Shown piece after piece: positions 26,663 to 34,508 of a stretch of DNA of 38,386 bases. Source of the stretch: Candidatus Micrarchaeota archaeon. Lineage in GTDB: Archaea; Iainarchaeota; Iainarchaeia; Iainarchaeales; JAGVWC01. The stretch covers positions 1-38,386 of the forward strand of contig JAZDJR010000016.1 in the NCBI GenBank assembly GCA_043803815.1, in the 5' to 3' direction. The position numbers were made by a program, and so were the translations under genes. How positions within the stretch are numbered: position 1 is the stretch's first letter; every line of letters starts with the position of its first letter. Below the pieces are notes generated by a model that saw only the letters and a program-made list of their open reading frames with translations, had not been told where the DNA came from and did no database searches.

Positions 26663-29600
26663 ATGCTGATGAAAAAAATCACCGCCGTTGAATTCAACGT
26701 GCTGAGCCCGGAAATGATACGCAAAATGAGCGCGATGGAAGTCAAGACTCCCGAAACCTACGACAAGGACGGCTACCCGATGGAAGGCGGATTAATGGAC
26801 CCACATCTCGGCGTCATTAATCCCGGGCTTCGCTGCAAGACCTGCGGGCAAAAAATGAAGGATTGCCCCGGCCACTTTGGCGGGCTCGAACTCGTGCGGC
26901 CCGTCATTCACGCGGAATTCGGCAAGCGCGTCGAAGACCTGATGCAAACCACCTGCCAGCACTGCGGACGCATTCCGATTTCGGACGACAAGCTCGAAGA
27001 AGCGCGGCCATTGGCCAAAAAAGACTCCGGAGACGTTTTCAAAAAAATTCTGGCCAAAACCAAAAAAATCAAAACCTGCCCGCACTGCAAAACCGAACGG
27101 TTGGCAGTCATGCTGGACAAGCCGACGAATTTTTACGTGAACAACGAGCGCATTTACCCGAGCCAAATCCGCGAATGGATTGAAAAAATTCCCGAAAAAG
27201 ACCTGCAATTATTGGGCTACAAAACGGATTTGGTGCGGCCCGAATGGTTCATTTTAACCGTCATGCCGATTCCGCCGATTACGATTCGCCCCTCGATTAC
27301 TTTGGAAAGCGGATTAAAAAGCGAAGACGACCTGACGCACAAACTCGTGGATATTATCCGCATTAACCAGCGATTAAAAGACAACATCGAAGCCGGCGCT
27401 CCGCAGCTTATCATCGAAGACCTGTGGGACTTATTGCAATATCACGTGACCACCTACTTTGACAACAACACCGCGGGAGTTCCACCCGCCAAGCACCGCT
27501 CCGGACGCGCTTTGCGAACCATTGTCCAGCGATTAAAAGGAAAAAAAGGAAGATTTCGCCACAACCTGACCGGAAAACGCGTAAACTTTGCGGCCCGCTC
27601 CTCGATTTCACCCGACCCGTTCATTTCGATTAACGAAGTCGGAGTTCCGCAGGCCATTGCCAAAGACCTGACGGTTCAGGAATACGTTACGGACTGGAAC
27701 AAAAAATCAATCGGCGATTTAATCAAAAAAACCGACAAAGTCATTTATCTTGTACGGCCGACCGGCGCCAGAAAACGCATTACGGATGCCAACAAGGACG
27801 AAGCCGTTGCCGAACTGGATATCGGATTCAAAATCGAACGCGAATTAATGGACGGCGACATCGTGCTGTTCAACCGCCAGCCTTCTTTGCACCGATTATC
27901 CATGATGGCGCATTATGCCCGCATTATGCCCGGCAAAACTTTTCGCATCAATCCGATTGTATGCGTGAGCGGCGAAACCCAAGTATCTTTGGATTGCGGA
28001 ACACCCGTTCCAATTAAGGAACTGGAAAATAATTGGGTTCAAGAAGAAATTGAAACCTGCAATCAAAATGATGGGCGCGTTTTAACCACGGAACTGGAAC
28101 GATTCTGGGCGGTTTCTCCGAAAAAACTGGGAAAAAAGTGTTATAAAATAACCACGCAAGAAACCCAGCGATGCGTTCAGGTTACGGGCGACCACCCGTT
28201 TTACACGGAGAATGGAATCGAAACTGCAGAACAGCTTGCTTTAGGAAGGCGCGTTATGGTTCAACCTTCGGATTACCCACCCCTTCAAAAAACCGGACAA
28301 ATTCTTTTTACCGAAAAGGACATGGTTGCGCTTTGCCCGAAAAAAACCTATGTGAAGAGCCTTGTCAAAAAAATAAAAGAAAAACAATTGTTTGATTTGA
28401 CGCTGGATAATCCAAAAAGCCGCGTCTTGGCAAGATTGCTGGGTCACCTGCTGGGGGACGGAACGTTCATAATGAAAAAGTGGGTGGCGCGGGCAATTTT
28501 CCGGGGCGAAGAAAGCGACCTCCAGGAAATCCAGAAGGACATTCAGCGCCTTGGATTCCAAACCGAAAAAATAAAAACTGTCCGAAACAGGGTTTCCATC
28601 CATTCCGCAAAACAAGGAATGCTCACTTTCGAAGGGGAAGGTTCTTTCTTTGAGGTACGGAACAAGGCCCTTTGCTCCGTTCTCCTGCTTTTAGGCGCAC
28701 CAAACGGAGACAAGGTAACCCAAGAAACCCGCATTCCCGAATGGATTTTACGCGCGCCTCTTTTTATCAAGCGCGAATTTTTGGCAGCCTATTTCGGATG
28801 CGAACTCTTAACACCCAAAGCAAGAACCAAAAACCCGACCGGCTTTTTGACGCCAACCTTTAAATTCGCAAAAATTAACCCGAGGCACGCAACCCCTTTG
28901 TTGGCGGACTTCGAAAAAGCACTGAAAGATTTTGATATTTCCATAGCCTCGGTATACCAGGAAAAAGGAAACGTCCGAAAAGACGGCGCCATCAGCCGGA
29001 TTTACTCCGTAAAGCTTTCGGTTCGGAACGACAACCTTCTCCGCCTTTTTGGCCGAATCGGAGCCATTTATTGCAAAGAAAAAGGAAAAAAAATGAAACT
29101 CGCGTTTGAATACCTGCTGGTCAAGCAAAAGGCGATAGGCGAACGAAAAGAATTGTTTCAGCAGGTTCACGGAATGCGGAAACAGAAAGTCCCGTTCAGG
29201 GAAATTGAACTGCGAACCGGAATATCAATAAAAATGCTGGAACGCTGGATGTATTTCAACAAGAACAGCGCGGGTTTGCCAACCTCGTTCCCTTCCTTTG
29301 AAGACTGGAAAAAAAATTCAACTGTTGGCCTTGAAAATACCGGACTTGTATGGGAAACAATCGAAAAAATAGAAGAAATCGAACTTCCCCTTGCATTTGA
29401 TATCACAACAAGAAACGAAACCCATAATTTCTTTGCAAACGGTTTTCTGACGGGAAATTGCAAGCCCTACAACGCGGACTTTGACGGAGACGAAATGAAC
29501 CTGCACGTTCCCCAGACCGAAGAAGGAAAAACCGAAGCCCGCGAACTGATGATTGTCCAAAAAAACATCATTTCTCCCCGCTACGGAGCGCCCGTCATTT

Positions 29601-30754
29601 CGTTTGAAGAAGACCTGATTTCAGGAAGCTTTTTATTGACCCTTCCGCAAACCAAAATCGAACCCAAGCAAATGATGCAATATTTGTACGAAATCGGAAT
29701 TACCGAGCTTCCAAAACCCGAAAAGGGAAAAACATACAACGGCAGGGAGCTTTATTCGCTTTTGCTTCCCAAAGACCTGAACATGAAATATTCCAGTTTT
29801 ACGTATAACATGCTCAAAAAAGCCGAACTTATGGACGAAGACGAGCCCAAAGACGAATACAAAACCCGCATGGAAATCAAAAACGGCGAAATCATCGCGG
29901 GAATCCTTGATGCGGAATCGTTCGGCGAAGGCCGCGGACGCATCATCGACTGGATAGCGCGCAAGCACACCGGAGAATTTTTGGCGGATTTTTATTACAA
30001 ATCATCGCGCATAGCGCTTGAAGCCATTACGCTCAAAGGCCTGACCGTCGGCCTCGACGAATACGAAACCAGCAAATCCGTGGAACGCATCCGGCAAAAA
30101 GCCATCGAAGACTCTTTCGAGGAAGCCAAAAAAACCGTGGAAAAATACAAGCGCGAAACACTGGAACACCTGCCCGGCCGAACCGCCCAGGAAAGCTTTG
30201 AAATTTACATGATGCAAATCGGCCAAAAAGCCAAGCAAAAAGTCGAACGCCAGGTTTTGCAGGAACGAATCAAGGAATTATTGGAAAGCGAAAAGCCCAA
30301 TTACAATTCAATTGTCATGATTTTGGCCAAGTCCCGCGGAAACCCCACCAACCTGACCAACATTTCCGGAATGTGGGGGCAAGCCGCTGTCCGCGAAGGG
30401 CGCCCCAAACGCGGATTCCGCGGGCGATTAATCACCGCGAACAAACGCAACGACCAGGGAATCCTGGCGGGAGGATTCATCCGGCAAAATTTCATGGAAG
30501 GGATGAAATCCCGCGAATTTTTTTACCATGCCATGGGCGGGCGGCAGGGAGAAGTCGACACCGGCGTTGCAACCAAAGTATCCGGATATTTATACCGCCG
30601 GCTTGCCAATTCGCTTAAAGACCTCGTGGTCGCCAACGACCAGACCGTCCGGACCGCATCCAACACCCTGGTCCAGTTCGTGTACGGCGAAGACAACGTA
30701 TTTCCAGCCAACACCCAGCGCGGCAAAAGCGTAAACCTCAGGGAATTTTCATAA
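26663..30754 (+). CDS. rpoA1: DNA-directed RNA polymerase subunit A' (Rpo1N), containing one intein. Spliced product is about 864 aa.
   Basis: Motifs CKTC..CPGHFG, GRFRHNLTGKRV, NRQPSLH, catalytic YNADFDGDEMN and bridge helix FFYHAMGGR. Confidence 0.97.
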   Translation: MLMKKITAVEFNVLSPEMIRKMSAMEVKTPETYDKDGYPMEGGLMDPHLGVINPGLRCKTCGQKMKDCPGHFGGLELVRPVIHAEFGKRVEDLMQTTCQHCGRIPISDDKLEEARPLAKKDSGDVFKKILAKTKKIKTCPHCKTERLAVMLDKPTNFYVNNERIYPSQIREWIEKIPEKDLQLLGYKTDLVRPEWFILTVMPIPPITIRPSITLESGLKSEDDLTHKLVDIIRINQRLKDNIEAGAPQLIIEDLWDLLQYHVTTYFDNNTAGVPPAKHRSGRALRTIVQRLKGKKGRFRHNLTGKRVNFAARSSISPDPFISINEVGVPQAIAKDLTVQEYVTDWNKKSIGDLIKKTDKVIYLVRPTGARKRITDANKDEAVAELDIGFKIERELMDGDIVLFNRQPSLHRLSMMAHYARIMPGKTFRINPIVCVSGETQVSLDCGTPVPIKELENNWVQEEIETCNQNDGRVLTTELERFWAVSPKKLGKKCYKITTQETQRCVQVTGDHPFYTENGIETAEQLALGRRVMVQPSDYPPLQKTGQILFTEKDMVALCPKKTYVKSLVKKIKEKQLFDLTLDNPKSRVLARLLGHLLGDGTFIMKKWVARAIFRGEESDLQEIQKDIQRLGFQTEKIKTVRNRVSIHSAKQGMLTFEGEGSFFEVRNKALCSVLLLLGAPNGDKVTQETRIPEWILRAPLFIKREFLAAYFGCELLTPKARTKNPTGFLTPTFKFAKINPRHATPLLADFEKALKDFDISIASVYQEKGNVRKDGAISRIYSVKLSVRNDNLLRLFGRIGAIYCKEKGKKMKLAFEYLLVKQKAIGERKELFQQVHGMRKQKVPFREIELRTGISIKMLERWMYFNKNSAGLPTSFPSFEDWKKNSTVGLENTGLVWETIEKIEEIELPLAFDITTRNETHNFFANGFLTGNCKPYNADFDGDEMNLHVPQTEEGKTEARELMIVQKNIISPRYGAPVISFEEDLISGSFLLTLPQTKIEPKQMMQYLYEIGITELPKPEKGKTYNGRELYSLLLPKDLNMKYSSFTYNMLKKAELMDEDEPKDEYKTRMEIKNGEIIAGILDAESFGEGRGRIIDWIARKHTGEFLADFYYKSSRIALEAITLKGLTVGLDEYETSKSVERIRQKAIEDSFEEAKKTVEKYKRETLEHLPGRTAQESFEIYMMQIGQKAKQKVERQVLQERIKELLESEKPNYNSIVMILAKSRGNPTNLTNISGMWGQAAVREGRPKRGFRGRLITANKRNDQGILAGGFIRQNFMEGMKSREFFYHAMGGRQGEVDTGVATKVSGYLYRRLANSLKDLVVANDQTVRTASNTLVQFVYGEDNVFPANTQRGKSVNLREFS
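27962..29458 (+). mobile_element. Intein (499 aa) with a LAGLIDADG-type endonuclease region, in RpoA'
   Basis: Junctions NPIV/CVSGETQV ... NFFANGFLTGN/CKPYNADFDGD, with block B VTGDHPF and internal LLGHLLGDG and FLAAYFGCE. Confidence 0.93.
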
Positions 30755-30767
30755 CGGAGCAGTTTAA

Positions 30768-32030
30768 ATGAGCGCAAAACCCAAAGCACCGAAGATTCAA
30801 AAGGAAAAAAAGGCCAAAAAAGCGCCGAAAAAAGAAGAAATCGTCGAACGCGTATACAGCAACAAAAAAAAGCCCGTGCTGCATGAACGCTGGCCCGGAA
30901 TGCAGGGGCTGCCCGAAAGCATTGTTTTGGAATTATTCGACAGCATTAACGACAGAAAGCTCACGGAAAAAACAAGCAGGGAATTTATCGACAACGTGCG
31001 CAACCAATACGAAAGCGCGCATGTTCACGCGGGCGAAGCCGTCGGAATCATCGCCGCGCAATCTTTGGGAGAGCCCGCAACGCAGTTAACCCTGCGAACC
31101 AAGCACTTCGCGGGGGCCGTTGAAGTGTCGGTCGGAAGCGGAATCCAGCGCGTGGAAGAAATCGTGGACGGAAGAAGCAAAGCCAAATTTCAAATCATGA
31201 CGATTCACCTCAAAGAGCCCCTTTGTTTTGACCAAAAAGCCGTCGACCACTTTGCCAAAAAACTGGTCGATGTCCGAATCGGCGACATCGTAAAAGTATC
31301 CGAAAACCTGCAGGAAAACACCATTCTGGTTTCTCCGGACGAAGACGCCGTCAAGGAACGCGGCATCAGCCTGGAAGAACTCGCAGAAAAAACCGAAAAG
31401 ACCTTGGGATTAAAAGGCCGCAAAAAAAAGAAAGGAATCGAATTTTCCTTCGGTCGCGAGCCTTTGCTTAAGGCGCGGCGCCAAACATTAAAATTGCTGG
31501 ACATGCGGATTCAAGGGGTACGCGAAATCGAAAAAACGATTATCCTGCAAAACGGCAAGGAATGGCTCATCAAAACCCGCGGCTCCAACCTAAAAGCGGT
31601 ATTCAAGCTTGACGAAATTAACACCGAAAAAACAACGACCAACGACATCAAGGAAATCTCGCTGAACATGGGAATCGAAGCCGCGCGCAACGCGATTGTC
31701 AACGAACTGCACGGAACATTAAAAGAAAACGGAATTTCGGTCGACATCCGCCACATCATGCTTTTGGCAGACTTAATGACGTTTGACGGGCAAATCCGCG
31801 GAATCGTGCGAACCGGAATCACCAAGGGAAAAGCATCCCCCTTTGCCCGCGCCGCATTCGAAGAAACCGCCAAGCACCTGCTCGACGCCGCATTTTACGG
31901 CGAACGCGAATACCTGCAGGGCGTTGTCGAAAACATCATCGTCGGCCAGCCCATCAAAGTCGGAACCGGAACAGTCGAACTGGTCATGAAAATGAACGCC
32001 CAAAAAACCGCGGCCGATTCAAAGGATTAA
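30768..32030 (+). CDS. rpoA2: DNA-directed RNA polymerase subunit A'' (Rpo1C)
   Basis: Motifs GEAVGIIAAQSLGEPATQ, GIEAAR, DIRHIMLLADLMT, RAAFEET and GVVENIIVGQPIKVGTG. Confidence 0.96.
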   Translation: MSAKPKAPKIQKEKKAKKAPKKEEIVERVYSNKKKPVLHERWPGMQGLPESIVLELFDSINDRKLTEKTSREFIDNVRNQYESAHVHAGEAVGIIAAQSLGEPATQLTLRTKHFAGAVEVSVGSGIQRVEEIVDGRSKAKFQIMTIHLKEPLCFDQKAVDHFAKKLVDVRIGDIVKVSENLQENTILVSPDEDAVKERGISLEELAEKTEKTLGLKGRKKKKGIEFSFGREPLLKARRQTLKLLDMRIQGVREIEKTIILQNGKEWLIKTRGSNLKAVFKLDEINTEKTTTNDIKEISLNMGIEAARNAIVNELHGTLKENGISVDIRHIMLLADLMTFDGQIRGIVRTGITKGKASPFARAAFEETAKHLLDAAFYGEREYLQGVVENIIVGQPIKVGTGTVELVMKMNAQKTAADSKD

Positions 32031-32059
32031 AAAAAACAACGCTTGAAAAAATATGGAGA

Positions 32060-32536
32060 ATGATTATGAATATTGACCAAGCCACCGAAATCCGGCGCGC
32101 GGTAGACACCGGAGAAGTCCTGTTCGGAATCAGGGAAGCCGAAAAAAGCGTTTTGCACGGAAAAGGCGAACTGATAATTATCAGCAGCAATTGCCCGATT
32201 CGCTCGGCCGAAAAACTGCGGCACTTTTCGGGAATTTTTGGAATCCCGATGATTGACTTTTCGGGTTCGGGGCTTGAATTAGGCGCGGTCTGCGGAAAGC
32301 CGTTTGTGGTTTCCACCTTGGTCATCATCAATCCCGGCAAAAGCAAGGTTATCAGCCTGACCCAAACCGCGGCCAAAGCCAAGCCCAAAACCACGCGAAA
32401 ACCCCACAAAGCCGTGCAAAAAAAAGTTACGGCCAAAAAGGCTTTGAAAAAAGCCAAAACAAAGGTTCACAAAAGTGCGGTCAAAACAGCCGGCAAATCC
32501 AAAGGCAAAACCGCCAAAAAAACAAAAAAGCGATAA
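32060..32536 (+). CDS. rpl30e: 50S ribosomal protein L30e with a long Lys/Ala-rich C-terminal extension
   Basis: AVDTGEVLFG...SGLELGAVCGKPFVVSTLVIINPGKS, in the canonical position after rpoA''. Alternative ATG at 32066. Confidence 0.93.
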   Translation: MIMNIDQATEIRRAVDTGEVLFGIREAEKSVLHGKGELIIISSNCPIRSAEKLRHFSGIFGIPMIDFSGSGLELGAVCGKPFVVSTLVIINPGKSKVISLTQTAAKAKPKTTRKPHKAVQKKVTAKKALKKAKTKVHKSAVKTAGKSKGKTAKKTKKR

Positions 32537-32539
32537 AAC

Positions 32540-32956
32540 ATGCGATTGGGAACCCAGGAGATTGCATATCTCAATGTTTTTCAAAACGTCTCCAAAACAC
32601 TGGCCAAGGACTGCATTTACAACGAACAAATGATTTCGTTTGTGGTTCCCAAAGGCCAAATGGGGCTTGCCATCGGAAAACAGGGCATTAACATCAAAAA
32701 ATTAAGGGAACTATTGAACAAAAACATCGAACTGTTCGAATACCAAAAAAACGCGGAAGGATTCGTCAAAAACGCGTTTCCAAACGCCGCTATTTCGGAA
32801 ATCCGGCTGATGGAAGAAGAAGGAAAAAAAACAGTGGTCATTGCGGCGGATGCGGAAAACAGGCGCAAAATCCTCATAAACGGGGCCAAAATCAAGCGTT
32901 TAAAAGAACTTGCCAAACGAAATTATGGCGTAGACGATATCCAAATCGGAAAATAG
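32540..32956 (+). CDS. nusA: Archaeal NusA-like KH-domain transcription factor
   Basis: Motif FVVPKGQMGLAIGKQGINIKKL and C-terminal LAKRNYGVDDI, in the canonical position. Confidence 0.92.
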   Translation: MRLGTQEIAYLNVFQNVSKTLAKDCIYNEQMISFVVPKGQMGLAIGKQGINIKKLRELLNKNIELFEYQKNAEGFVKNAFPNAAISEIRLMEEEGKKTVVIAADAENRRKILINGAKIKRLKELAKRNYGVDDIQIGK

Positions 32957-33015
32957 CGAAAAAACAGCAAAAACGGATTGTATTTAAAAAGTGAAAAACA
33001 AAGCGATGTGAAACT

Positions 33016-33441
33016 ATGGGTGACGGAGAATTTGCGGGTCGTTCGAAAGAAAAACAACGCAAAAAATGGCAGAAAAAAAAGAAGCTTTTCATCAAAAAAA
33101 AATTCCGAAACATCAAGTTTAACCTGCTCGAAGGAGCCCCCCAGGGCCGCGGAATCGTGCTTGAAAAACGAACCGTTGAAGCCAAACAGCCGAACTCGGG
33201 CCTTAGAAAATGCGTTCGCGTACAATTGACCAAAAACGGGCGCCAATTAACCGCGCTTGCCCCCCTTGACGGCGCGATTAAATTCATCGACGAACACGAC
33301 GAAGTAATCGTCGAAGGAATCGGCGGAGCCCAGGGCGGGCCCAAAGGAGACTTGTGGGGAGTAAAATACCGCGTCACCCACGTCAACGAGCAGGCCCTGC
33401 AAATGCTGCGCACGGGACGAAAAGAAAAAGTCAAGCGTTAA
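33016..33441 (+). CDS. rps12: 30S ribosomal protein S12 (uS12)
   Basis: [31 protein letters not shown] and [13 protein letters not shown]. Confidence 0.97.
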   Translation: MGDGEFAGRSKEKQRKKWQKKKKLFIKKKFRNIKFNLLEGAPQGRGIVLEKRTVEAKQPNSGLRKCVRVQLTKNGRQLTALAPLDGAIKFIDEHDEVIVEGIGGAQGGPKGDLWGVKYRVTHVNEQALQMLRTGRKEKVKR

Positions 33442-33468
33442 ATACTCAAACGATTTTTGTGAAAACTT

Positions 33469-34101
33469 ATGGCCGCTAAAACAGAACTGGAAGGATTCGA
33501 ACCCAAAGTATTCGGGAAATGGAGCACCTCCGAAGTCCAAATCCGAGACTTCAGCCTCGCGCCATACTTAAACCTGGAAAACCGGAAAATCTTGCACACG
33601 TTTGGAAAACACGCGTCGCACAAATTCGAAAAAGCGAATGTAAACGTGGTCGAACGATTAATCAACAAAATCATGCGCTCGGGGCAGGGAAAGCGAAAAA
33701 TGAGCGGAAAATTTATCCGCGGACGAAACTCGACCGGCAAAAAAATACAGGCCATGCAAATCGTCGAAAAAGCGTTTGATTTAATCGAAAAAGAAACCAA
33801 GCAAAACCCCGTGCAAGTACTGATTTCAGCCGTTGAAAATTCCGCGGCACGCGAAGACGTCACCCGAATCCAAAAAGGCGGAGTCGCCTACACGGTCTCG
33901 GTCGATGTCGCCCCCATGCGCCGCGTGGACGACGCACTCAAAAATATCGCCTTAAGCGGATTTGCGGGTTCGTTTAACAATAAAATTGCCGCTCACGAAG
34001 CCTTGGCCAAAGAAATCATCGCGGCCGCCAAAGGAGACGGTACGTCGTTTTCCGTCAAGCGCCGCGACGAAATCGAACGCATCGCCATGGCCAGCCGATA
34101 A
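33469..34101 (+). CDS. rps7: 30S ribosomal protein S7 (uS7)
   Basis: Motifs VFGKW, VVERLINKIM, NPVQVLISAVENS and KRRDEIERIAMASR. Confidence 0.97.
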   Translation: MAAKTELEGFEPKVFGKWSTSEVQIRDFSLAPYLNLENRKILHTFGKHASHKFEKANVNVVERLINKIMRSGQGKRKMSGKFIRGRNSTGKKIQAMQIVEKAFDLIEKETKQNPVQVLISAVENSAAREDVTRIQKGGVAYTVSVDVAPMRRVDDALKNIALSGFAGSFNNKIAAHEALAKEIIAAAKGDGTSFSVKRRDEIERIAMASR

Positions 34102-34114
34102 AAAAGGAATTTCT

Positions 34115-34504
34115 ATGAAAATTACGCCTTTAGATGCGATATTCGGGATTATCCTTATCCTTTTACTATTTGGCGTCTGGAATGGAACAGCAGGAGCAAT
34201 AAAAGTATTTGGTCAGCCAATGGACCTCAATCAATATTATACCCAAAACATACCACTCCCATTGGAATTTTATTTATCCGTGATTTTGGGGTTGGCAGCA
34301 ATTGGTTTTTTTTGGATTACAAAAAAATGGTTTGCCAAACTTCGATATGACTTTGCAATATTTAAAATTTTCCCAGAGAAATTTTTGACCAGCGAAAAAG
34401 AACCAATGATCGCGGTTGAAAAATCCATTGAAAAACTTTGCGTTTTTGCAGCAACGACTTTAATTTTAATTTTGGTTATAGGGTTTATACAAACAACGTG
34501 GTGA
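34115..34504 (+). CDS. Hypothetical 3-TM membrane protein (129 aa) between rps7 and EF-2
   Basis: ATG 34115 after AAGGA. Three hydrophobic segments. Visibly more AT-rich than the flanking genes. Stop lies 4 nt before the EF-2 ATG. Confidence 0.75.
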   Translation: MKITPLDAIFGIILILLLFGVWNGTAGAIKVFGQPMDLNQYYTQNIPLPLEFYLSVILGLAAIGFFWITKKWFAKLRYDFAIFKIFPEKFLTSEKEPMIAVEKSIEKLCVFAATTLILILVIGFIQTTW

Positions 34505-34508
34505 AAAC

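Noticed and set aside
33962-34114. Upstream extension of the membrane ORF overlapping rps7
   Set aside because: It overlaps conserved rps7 by 140 nt, and ATG 34115 has its own SD-like sequence
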